From the NCBI GenBank assembly GCA_041666725.1, contig JBAYGL010000002.1, positions 1 to 35,318 of the forward strand: a DNA stretch of 35,318 bases. Reading direction: 5' to 3'. Below, in pieces: positions 1 through 8,300 of this stretch. Source of the DNA: Limisphaerales bacterium. GTDB taxonomy: Bacteria; Verrucomicrobiota; Verrucomicrobiia; Limisphaerales; SXTU01. Numbering within the stretch: position 1 is the stretch's first letter; each line of letters starts with the position of its first letter. The notes under the pieces were generated by a model. It had not been told where the DNA came from and made no database searches. It worked only from the letters and a program-made list of their open reading frames with translations. Position numbers and translations under genes: made by a program.

Positions 1-2515
1 CGACAACCCCGCTGCCGATGTCCGGGCGCTGGCCCTTGTGCCACCACAGCACCAGCGCGCTGGCGATGTAGATGGACGAGTAGGTGCCGGTGGTGACGCC
101 GACCAGGAACATGAAGGCGAAGTCGTTGATGACGCCGCCGCCGAAGACATACAGCACCAGCGTGGCGAGGAACACCGTGCCGCTGGTGATGATCGTCCGG
201 CTCAGTGTCTGGTTGAGGGCCTGGTTCACCAGCTCCAGGAACGTCCCGCGCACGCCCAGTTTCAGGTCCTCGCGGATGCGGTCGAAGATGACGATGGTGT
301 CGTTGATGGAGAAGCCGATGATGGTGAGGATGGCCGCGACGCTGGTGGCGTTGAACTGCCGGCCTTCGCTCCAAAGGGAGGTGAGGCAGTAGATGCCGAT
401 GGTCATGAGCACGTCATGCACCACGGCGAGCACCGCGCCGATGGCGAAGCTGAACTCGTAGCGCACCGCGACGTAGAACAGGATGCCGAAGAGGGACAGC
501 ACCACGGCCCACAACGCGCTGTTCATGATCTCCCGGCCGATGACGGCGCCGACCTGCCGGGACTGCTTGAGGTCAAACTTTGCCTCGGGGAAGGCCTTCA
601 CCAGCGCCGTCTTCACCGCTGCGCCGGACTGCGAGGGGACGGTGATGCGCAGGGTCTCGGACTTGGCCGCGATGTTCTGCTGATACTGGATCGTCGGATC
701 GCCCACCTTGCGCTTCTGCGTCACGGCACCTTCATTGAACTGGTATTCCACCTCGGCCACCGCGTGACGGAGCTTGTCGGTCTCGACCTTCTTTTCAAAG
801 CTGAACATCAACGCGTCGCCGCCGAGGAAGTCCGGGCCAAACACCTGCTTGCCGCGGGCGAAAACGCCCCAGCTGCACCCGATGACGATGATCAGCCACG
901 AGGCGATGAAGGCCGGCCTGGCCCACCGCATGAAGTCGATGTTCGTCGCCTTGATGACGTGCATCATCGGCAGCGCGGTCAGGCCGCGCGTGAGCATCCA
1001 GTCGAAGATCAGGCGCGTGATGACCAGCGCCGTGAACAGGCTCAGGGCCACGCCGATGGTCAGCGCGACGCCGAAGCCCTTCACCGTGCCGGTGCCGAGA
1101 TAAATCAGGATGACGGAGGAAATCAGCGTGGTGATGTGCGAGTCGAAGATGGTCCCGAACGCGCGGTCATAGCCTGCGGCGATGGCACCGCGGATGGACT
1201 TGCCCTTGGCCAGCTCCTCGCGGATGCGCTCGTAGATCAGCACGTTCGCGTCCACCGCCATGCCGACGGTGAGCACGATGCCCGCGATGCCCGGCAGCGT
1301 GAGCGTGGTGCCCACCGAGCACATGACGCCCAGCAGGATCACGCTGTTGAAGATCAGCGCGACGTCCGCCACGAAGCCCGCCTTGCGGTAATACACCAGC
1401 ATGAAGATGGCGACGGCGAGCGTGCCGTAGATCGCCGCGCTCAAGCCGCTCTGAATGGCATCGCGACCGAGCGAGGGGTCCACTTCCTCGGTGTCGAGCA
1501 GGCGGACGGGCGTTTCGAGCGGATTCTCGAGCACGTTGGCGAGCTGCCAGGCTTCCTTCAGGTCAAAGTCGCCGTTGATGACGCCGCTGCCGCCGAGGAT
1601 TGGCTCGTTGATGACCGGCGCGGAGTAAAGCTCGCCGTCGAGCACGATGGCCATGCGCTCGCGGGTGTGCTCCTTGGTCAGTTCGCCGAAAATCCTGCCG
1701 CCCTCGGCATTGAACTTGAAGGTGATCTGCGGACGGTTCGAGACGTTGTCGCGGATGACTCCGGCACGCTCGATGAATTTGCCCGTCAGGCCGCGCTCGG
1801 CCTTGGTCTTCACCAGGACGCGGTCCAGATAATCCCGGCCGTCCTGGCCTTTCCGGCGCTGCATCAGCACTTCGTGGCCCGGGGCCATGAGGCCCTGCGC
1901 CATCATCCGGTCGCTGTCGGGGTGAACCATGCGGAATTCCAGGAAGGCGGGCTTGGTGAGCGCGTCGCGCACGGCGTCGCGCTCGGCCTGGCTCAGGCCG
2001 GGCATCTGCACCACGATGCGGTCCTCGCCCTCGGCGACGATGATCGGCTCGGCCACGCCGAACTTGTCCACGCGCTTGCGGATGACTTCGATGGCCTGGC
2101 TGACGAGCGCCTTCTTGTCCACCGTCTGCGCCATCTTGTTCGTGTCCACGCCCACGAGGAACGACGTGCCGCCGCGCAGGTCCAGGCCGAGCTTGATCTT
2201 GCCGGAGGCCTCACGCTGGAGGCGGCCCAGGATGGTCCGGTTGGGATCCTTTTCCCCGGCCACGCTGTAGGCGACGAAGTTCGTCAGCGAGTTGGTGCCG
2301 ATGGCGTCGCGGAAATTGGCGAAGTTGCGCTCGGGAAACTGCTTGTCCAGCTCGCGCGCCTTTTTGACGACGGCGTTGTAGTTGGTGTCCTTGCGGGTCG
2401 CGCGCTCCTCGAAGACGTCAATCAGGTTGCGGTCGGCGGGCGGGTATATCTCGTAGGCCGCCCAGGCGGTGATGAACAGGACGAGGATGGCGCGCCAGAA
2501 ATTGTTGCGTTGCAT
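1..2515 (-). CDS. secDF: Protein translocase subunit SecDF (fused SecD-SecF), C-terminal end cut by the window edge
   Basis: Absent from the ORF track because there is no stop in the window. Manual reverse translation from ATG (plus-strand cat at 2513..2515) gives MQRNNFWRAILVLFITAWAAYEIYPP...GKIKLGLDLRGGTSFLVGVD, which is SecD-like. Codons near the window start read GFSINDTIVIFDRIREDLKLG...GTYSSIYIASALVLWWHKGQRPDIGSGVV, the canonical SecF C-terminal motif. It lies directly downstream of yajC. Confidence 0.9.
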   Translation of the reverse strand, partial: MQRNNFWRAILVLFITAWAAYEIYPPADRNLIDVFEERATRKDTNYNAVVKKARELDKQFPERNFANFRDAIGTNSLTNFVAYSVAGEKDPNRTILGRLQREASGKIKLGLDLRGGTSFLVGVDTNKMAQTVDKKALVSQAIEVIRKRVDKFGVAEPIIVAEGEDRIVVQMPGLSQAERDAVRDALTKPAFLEFRMVHPDSDRMMAQGLMAPGHEVLMQRRKGQDGRDYLDRVLVKTKAERGLTGKFIERAGVIRDNVSNRPQITFKFNAEGGRIFGELTKEHTRERMAIVLDGELYSAPVINEPILGGSGVINGDFDLKEAWQLANVLENPLETPVRLLDTEEVDPSLGRDAIQSGLSAAIYGTLAVAIFMLVYYRKAGFVADVALIFNSVILLGVMCSVGTTLTLPGIAGIVLTVGMAVDANVLIYERIREELAKGKSIRGAIAAGYDRAFGTIFDSHITTLISSVILIYLGTGTVKGFGVALTIGVALSLFTALVITRLIFDWMLTRGLTALPMMHVIKATNIDFMRWARPAFIASWLIIVIGCSWGVFARGKQVFGPDFLGGDALMFSFEKKVETDKLRHAVAEVEYQFNEGAVTQKRKVGDPTIQYQQNIAAKSETLRITVPSQSGAAVKTALVKAFPEAKFDLKQSRQVGAVIGREIMNSALWAVVLSLFGILFYVAVRYEFSFAIGAVLAVVHDVLMTIGIYCLTSLWSEGRQFNATSVAAILTIIGFSINDTIVIFDRIREDLKLGVRGTFLELVNQALNQTLSRTIITSGTVFLATLVLYVFGGGVINDFAFMFLVGVTTGTYSSIYIASALVLWWHKGQRPDIGSGVV

Positions 2516-2546
2516 GGACGGGTAATGCGGGAAGGTGGGTCGCAGG

Positions 2547-2924
2547 CTACTTGTTCGCGGCGGCGGGAGGGGTGACCGCCGGGTCGGCCTTGTCGAAGTC
2601 CTCGACAACCTGGGCGACGGCGGACTTGAGGATTTCCATCTTGGTGTCCTCGGATCGGACGCTGACGCTGCGGTCCTTGACCGCGATCACGACGGCGAGG
2701 ATGCCGCTGCTGGTGACGATCTTGTCGCCCTTCTTGAGCGCCTTGATCATCTCCTCCTGCTTCTTGCGCTGCTGGTTTTGCGGGCGGATGAGGATGAAGT
2801 AAAAGGCCACCAGCATGATGACCATCATGCCGACGGTCTGCATCATCTGGGCTTTGGGGTTGATCGCCGGCTCTCCCGCGGGAGCGGCCTGGGCGATCAA
2901 ACCTGCGATTGAAAATAACGTCAT
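2547..2924 (-). CDS. yajC: Preprotein translocase subunit YajC
   Basis: This is the C-terminal 125 codons of track ORF 2547..3455. The ATG (cat at 2922..2924) gives MTLFSIAGLIAQA...MMVIMLVAFYFILIRPQNQQRKKQEEMIKALKKGDKIVTSSGILAVVIAVKD, with the single TM and IRPQ..K...L.KGD.V.T.GI signature of YajC. The gene order yajC-secDF is conserved. Confidence 0.85.
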   Translation of the reverse strand: MTLFSIAGLIAQAAPAGEPAINPKAQMMQTVGMMVIMLVAFYFILIRPQNQQRKKQEEMIKALKKGDKIVTSSGILAVVIAVKDRSVSVRSEDTKMEILKSAVAQVVEDFDKADPAVTPPAAANK

Positions 2925-3125
2925 AGGCACAAGAGCGGCCAAATCTAGGGAGGAGCCGCACTTTGGCAAGCACAACCTCCCCGGATTTTTGCTCGTGCCT
3001 CCGCCGGCTTTCCCGCAGTTTGCGGGCATGGCAGTCGTTGCGATCCGAAATGCCGGCATGGAAGAGCAGCCCGTGCCGCCGGTCTTTCCCCTGCCGTTTC
3101 GAGTCGGGATGGCGGACATTCCCGT

Positions 3126-4415
3126 TTGTTTCCCCTCGTGAGCACCCGTGCCCGTCCCTCCACCTTCGCCCTCCTTCGCATCGAGGCGGTGGAGAGCTGC
3201 GTCATGGCCCTGGCCGCGCTGGCCGCGCACAAGCTCCGCTCCGCGCTGACGCTCGTAGGCGTCACCGTCGGCGTGTTCAGCATCATCCTGGTGATGACCG
3301 CGATGCGCGGCCTCCAGCAGAACATCGAGGGCGAGTTGAGCGGGCTGGGTGCGAACACCTTCACCATCGAGCGGTGGCCGGCGATCTCCTTTGAGGGGCC
3401 GTCTGGCTGGGAGAAATATCGCCGCCGCAAGAACCTCACCCTGTCGCACTGGCATGCGTTGCGTGACCAGGCCACGCGCGCCCGGAGCGTGGCCGCCGAA
3501 GCGCCGGTGGCCTCGGGCGAGGTGGCTTCACGCTTCGACACCACGAACCCTGATGTCGGCGTCATCGCCGTCACGCCGGAGGCCTTCGCCGCGCGGAACT
3601 GGATCGTCGAAGCGGGCAGGGGGATCCTGCCCGGGGATCTCGACAGCTCACGCAACATCTGCGTGCTGGGCAACACGGTGATGAAGAAGCTCTTTCCCCA
3701 GGGCTCGCCGTTCGGTGAGAGCGTCAAGTTCATGGGTGTGAACTACCATGTCGTCGGCTACCTCGAACCCAAGGGCGGCCTTGGCGGGCAGGCGCAGGAC
3801 AACTTCATCCTCATCCCCATCACCACGGGCTTGAACCGCTTTGGCGGCACGCAATGGCGCAGCCTGTCGCTCTACGTCCAGGCGCACGGCCAGGGCGACA
3901 TGGACGACACCATGGAGCAGGTGCGCGGCGTCCTGCGCAAGGCCCGCAAAGTCCCGCCCGGCGAGCCGGACGATTTTGAAATCTCATCCAACGACTCGCT
4001 CATCGCGCAGTTCCGGGACCTCACCCTGGCCATCCGCGCGGGCGTGGCGGTGGTCAGCAGCATCGCCCTCCTGGCCGCCGGCGTTGGCATCATGAACATC
4101 ATGCTCGTCTCCGTGACCGAGCGCACCCGCGAGATCGGCATCCGCCGCGCCATCGGGGCGAAGAAGCGGAACATCCTCACGCAGTTCCTCGTGGAGGCCG
4201 TCGTCATCTGTGAAATCGGCGGCGTCATCGGCATCGCGCTCGGCATCGTGGGCGGCAACCTCGGCGCGCTCTACCTGAAGCTCCCGCCCGTCTTCCCCCT
4301 CGACTGGGCCGTCATCGCGCTGGTCATCTGCTCCGTTGTCGGCATCGCCTTTGGCACCTATCCCGCCATCAAGGCCGCAAACCTCGACCCGGTGGAGTCG
4401 CTGCGCTACGAGTGA
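3126..4415 (+). CDS. ABC transporter permease, MacB/FtsX family
   Basis: The 429-aa ORF has an N-terminal TM (KLRSALTLVGVTVGVFSIILV), a large periplasmic domain, and a C-terminal FtsX-type bundle (SVTERTREIGIRRAIGAKKRNILTQFLVEA ... YPAIKAANLDPVESLRYE). The start is uncertain: ATG 3126 or in-frame GTG 3138. Confidence 0.85.
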   Translation: MFPLVSTRARPSTFALLRIEAVESCVMALAALAAHKLRSALTLVGVTVGVFSIILVMTAMRGLQQNIEGELSGLGANTFTIERWPAISFEGPSGWEKYRRRKNLTLSHWHALRDQATRARSVAAEAPVASGEVASRFDTTNPDVGVIAVTPEAFAARNWIVEAGRGILPGDLDSSRNICVLGNTVMKKLFPQGSPFGESVKFMGVNYHVVGYLEPKGGLGGQAQDNFILIPITTGLNRFGGTQWRSLSLYVQAHGQGDMDDTMEQVRGVLRKARKVPPGEPDDFEISSNDSLIAQFRDLTLAIRAGVAVVSSIALLAAGVGIMNIMLVSVTERTREIGIRRAIGAKKRNILTQFLVEAVVICEIGGVIGIALGIVGGNLGALYLKLPPVFPLDWAVIALVICSVVGIAFGTYPAIKAANLDPVESLRYE

Positions 4416-4448
4416 GGCGAGGCCGTCGTAGGCTGCAATTACGACAGC

Positions 4449-5327
4449 TTGGCCACCGAATCGTCTGTCCCTATTCTCAATCCCGTGACTGCTGAAACGC
4501 ATTTCAAAGGCTGGGCCAAACCAGGCCCGGTGCCGCCGGGCTTGAGCGCCGGCCTGACCGTCGCCCCGGACGAGACGCTGGACGCCATCAGCGGGCACTT
4601 CCGCCTGTTCCAATTGCGCGATGGTCATCGCTTCTCAACGGACGACATTCTCACAGCGTGGTATGGCACGAGCTGGTGTCCCACGGCGCGCACGGCGCTG
4701 GACCTCGGCAGCGGCATCGGCACGGTGGGGATGATCGTGGCGTGGCGGTTGGCCGGCGCGCGATTGGTGACGGTGGAGGCACAGGCGGCAAGCGTGGCGC
4801 TGGCCCGGAAGTCGGCGTGCTTCAACGGCGTCGAGGACCGCTACGAAATCCGCGAGGGCGATTTCCGCAGCCCGGACGCGCTGCGAGCGGAGGAGCGTTT
4901 CGACCTCATCACCGGCAGCCCGCCGTATTTTCCGCCCGGCACCGGCGTGGAGAGCGATCATCCGCAGAAGCTCGCCTGCCGCTTCGAGCTGCGCGGGACG
5001 GTGGCGGACTATTGCAGCACGGCGGCACGCCACCTTGCGCTTGGTGGATTCTTCGCCTGCGTGTTTCCCTACGAACCAGCGCAACAGGCGCGTGTGGAGG
5101 CCGGGGCGCGCGAGGCGGGTTTGGTCATCGTGCGCCGGCGTCCGGTCGTGTTCCGCGAAGGCGAAGCACCATTGGTTGGCCTGTTCGGCATGATGCGCGC
5201 GACGGATTTGCCCGAGTGGTTTCGCGGGCAGACCTGGACGGAGCCCGAGCTCATCATCCGCACCCGCGATGGCAAGATTCACCCGGAATACTCCGCCGTG
5301 AAACTGGCCATCGGCTTCCCGCCGTGA
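4449..5327 (+). CDS. Class I SAM-dependent methyltransferase, N6-adenine type (TrmN6/YfiC-like small-domain methyltransferase)
   Basis: Motif I is LDLGSGIGTVG and motif IV is ITGSPPYF, the (D/N/S)PP(Y/F) motif of N6-adenine/N5-glutamine methyltransferases. The start is uncertain: the track uses TTG 4449, there is no ATG upstream of the fold, and GTG at about 4485 is an alternative. Confidence 0.75.
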   Translation: MATESSVPILNPVTAETHFKGWAKPGPVPPGLSAGLTVAPDETLDAISGHFRLFQLRDGHRFSTDDILTAWYGTSWCPTARTALDLGSGIGTVGMIVAWRLAGARLVTVEAQAASVALARKSACFNGVEDRYEIREGDFRSPDALRAEERFDLITGSPPYFPPGTGVESDHPQKLACRFELRGTVADYCSTAARHLALGGFFACVFPYEPAQQARVEAGAREAGLVIVRRRPVVFREGEAPLVGLFGMMRATDLPEWFRGQTWTEPELIIRTRDGKIHPEYSAVKLAIGFPP

Positions 5328-5328
5328 A

Positions 5329-8300
5329 TCATTCCCACGCGCACAGGCTCTCGACGTAAGCCGCCGAGCCGTCACGGAGCCAGCCGTCGAGCTGGGCCTG
5401 ATCCTTGAGCTGCTGGCCGCGGGCGCGGTCCACGACGAGGAAGCGCGAATCAATCTCCGGCAGGGCGGTGAGATCGCCCCAGAGCTTTTCGAACTGCGCG
5501 ACGGGGAAAACGTCTTCCTGCCCGTGGCCCCAGCGCTTCTTCACGTCTTTCGTGGTGATGTAAGTCGGCACCTTCGCGGCAAGCGCACGGATTGCGGCGG
5601 TGATTTTCGTGTCTGCCTCGTCCTGTAGCCGCCGAGGTGAGGAGGCGGATTTCGTGGTTTCACCAAATTCCGCCTCCTGACCTCGGCGGCTACGCAGAAT
5701 GTCTTCGCGCGTCAGACCCAGCGCGCGCAGAAAACCATCCACGTCAATCCATGTTGTCAGCGTGTTGTAATAGCTCAGGCCAAACTCCAGCTCCTCGTGC
5801 GGCATCGCGAGACCCTCGACCAGCCGCGTGCGCCCGTCCACGCGCGCGAGACCACCGCCGCGATCATCGAGCCGGCGCGTGATGACCTCGAAGCTCAAGG
5901 TCGCCCCGCTCGCGAGATGCTGGCCCAGCAACGCCGGGTCGAGGTTTGCGCCGGTGGTGTCAATGTTGTGCAGCAGCAAGGTCTTGAGCTGTGGACGCTC
6001 GCGGAGCAGCGCGGCGAGCGTGCCGTTGCGCAGCAGGTTTGGGACTTCGTAGAAGTGGCCGACGGGGTGGAGGCATTGGAGCGGCAGGTTGTCGCGGTAG
6101 TCCGTGGCTTCGCCGGCGGACTCGGCCCAGCGCAGGAGCGCGGCGCGCAAGGAGTCGCGGACTTTCTGCTGCTGCTCGTCGAGCACCTGCTGCGGCATCT
6201 CCTCCCACGCGAAGCGCAGATCGCGCGCCGTCGGCACCAGACGCAGGCCGACGCTCGCGCCCCGGCTCAGGAGCAGCGAGCCGTCGTAGCCGTAGTTTTG
6301 GTTCGCCCCGAGGAACTCCGAAAGCGGAGCGTGCGTGAGGTAACTCGTCGTGACCACGTGCGGGACGGACTTGCCCGCGAGCCGGGCGACCTTCCGTGAC
6401 TTGGCAAGGTGAACTTCGAGGAACGTGCGGTGCCGTCCGCCGAGTTTGCAGAATGGATGCAGCGACTTCACCACGCCCGCGCCTTGAGTCCAACGGCTGG
6501 CGGCTCCGGCAGCCAGCGTGACCACGGCGGCTTCACCATTGCGGAGAGCGGCGAGCCCGCGCTCCCGTAGTAGCTCGGGCCGCCGGCCCGAGGTTGTAGA
6601 GCGGACTGCCAGTCCGCTTCCTGCGCCCTTTGGCGGTGGCAACGGCTCCGAGGCTGCGGGCTGGCAGCCCGCACTACCTGCCGGGCTGGGAGCCCGGCCT
6701 ACTGTGGCACCGGCTTCGGGCGCAAGCGCGGCACTGCCCCAACCGAGCCGATACGCGCCCTTGGCCAGGCCCGCCTGGGCCGGATTGGCCTCGATGTAGC
6801 GCCCGTAGCGGTCCAGCTCCGCCTCGTTGCGGACGATGTGGTCGAAGGACTCCTCCTGCCACAGCGTGCCGGTGCGACCGAGGCGGCGGTTGATTTCCTT
6901 GGCGGTGTAGGACTTCCAGGTGTGCAGCAGCCTGGTCAGCTCATGGCCCATCACCGGACGCACCAGCAGGTGGACATGGTTGGGCATGATGACAAAGGAG
7001 CCAAGCTCGTAGCGCTGACCGTCGAAGTGCCGCAGACATTCCTCGACCACGTCGGCGATGTCCGAGCGGGTCAGCGCGCAGCTCCCGTGACCTTGGTCCA
7101 GCTCGCGCTCCTGCCATTCCCAGAGAAACTCGGACAGCTCACGTCGTCGCTCTGCGGTCAGGGTGCCGGGATAGCGCTTCAACCACTGCTCCCGCTCTTC
7201 TTGCAACTGGCGAACTTTCGTCTGCGGCAGGGAGTCCGCGAGGCGGAAGGTGACGAAGTAAGTCCCGCCATCCTGCCGCCAGTGCGGCAGGTGCCGGAGG
7301 TAGATGCTGGCGGGGCGTTTGGGGTCGAAGGCGGTGAACCGGGTGCGCCCCACAGACGCGGCCAGTGGCTCGGGCCGCCGGCCCGAAGTTGTAGAGCGGA
7401 CTGCCAGTCCGCCGGGAGGACTGGCGGGCTCAATGGCTGCGGAATGAGCCGCATCAGTTGCGGGCTGGCAGCCCGCGCTACTTGCCGGGCTGGCAGCCCG
7501 GCCTACTACAGCGGGCGGCTCCGCTGCCTCGGGCAGTGTTTGCGTTCGCGCCCCGTCACGCATGTCGGTCACGTCCTCCGGGCGGACGTCTTCGATGACG
7601 CTGTTGGCCGGCAGCCGGTTCTGCGCGAGGCCTATGCGCCCGCTTTTCAAGTCAGCGCGGATGGCTTCGTGGGCTTCGCGGTCGAAGCCATTCGCGGCGA
7701 GCAACTCGTCGAGCGTCTGCGTGCCGGCTCTCTCCTCCTTCAAGCGCGGGAACATCGTGTCGAACAAGGTCTGCACCATGCCGCGCAGCTCGGGCTTGGC
7801 CCGGCAGGCGGCGGCAAACTTGTCCAACTCGGCGCGGCGCGCGGCGGGGAGTTCCTGGCGGTCGGTGCGGAGCAGGCTCGGAACGGTCAGCGCGTAGTAA
7901 CCGGAAGGCATCAGCGCGGCGTCGGTGGCGAGGAGGTCGGCACAGGTGCCGCGCTCGTTGATGGCGTAGTCGAAGACCACCGGCTCCATCGCGAACGGCA
8001 GCGCGTGCTGCAATTCACGCTTTGTCGCGGACATGATTTCCTGCAAGCGCCGCTGGCCCTCGGCCTTTCGCCCGGGCGCGAAGATGAAGCCCATGCCGCC
8101 GCCACTCATGCCGCCGAGCATCCAGAAGCCCCAGAAGTCATCGCCGAACTCGCGACCGACGCGCTCGATGAGCTGCTCGGTGAAGTAAGTCGAGGCCCAC
8201 GGGATGATGGCCTGAATCGGCTCGCGGAAGTTGCGCGTGGTGGCGGCGCCGAGGGCACGGATGTCGCCGGCCTTCAGCGCGGCAAGGACTTCGTCGAGGA

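Larger units (their letters stand above)
6568..7508 (-). mobile_element. RAYT-REPIN cassette (REPIN / RAYT / REPIN) inserted inside the coding sequence
   Basis: The RAYT module is bracketed by two near-identical repeat doublets (6568..6704 and 7363..7508) in direct orientation. No tnpB-like partner is present, so this is RAYT-type rather than a full IS200/IS605 element. The boundaries are approximate. Confidence 0.75.

Noticed and set aside
38-2575. 845-aa plus-strand ORF, the longest complete ORF at the left end of the track
   Set aside because: It is antisense to a clearly recognisable secDF. Its composition (D/G/H/R/A-rich, no hydrophobic core, no motif) is typical of a GC-driven shadow ORF.
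2925-3455. N-terminal extension of the YajC ORF to 302 aa, and overlapping ORFs 2945..3733 and 2963..3394
   Set aside because: YajC is a small single-TM protein. An internal ATG at 2924 gives the expected ~125 aa. The extension overlaps the divergent ABC permease gene and has no motif.
6568-7508. Intein or homing-endonuclease explanation for the in-frame insertion
   Set aside because: There are no intein splice-junction residues (no Cys/Ser/Thr at the N-junction and no His-Asn plus Cys/Ser/Thr at the C-junction) and no Hint or LAGLIDADG motifs. The insert instead has HUH/Tyr transposase motifs and REP hairpins.
6568-7508. Complete IS200/IS605 insertion sequence
   Set aside because: There is no tnpB-like ORF, and the ends are REPIN doublets rather than IS200/IS605 subterminal hairpins only. 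This fits a RAYT better.
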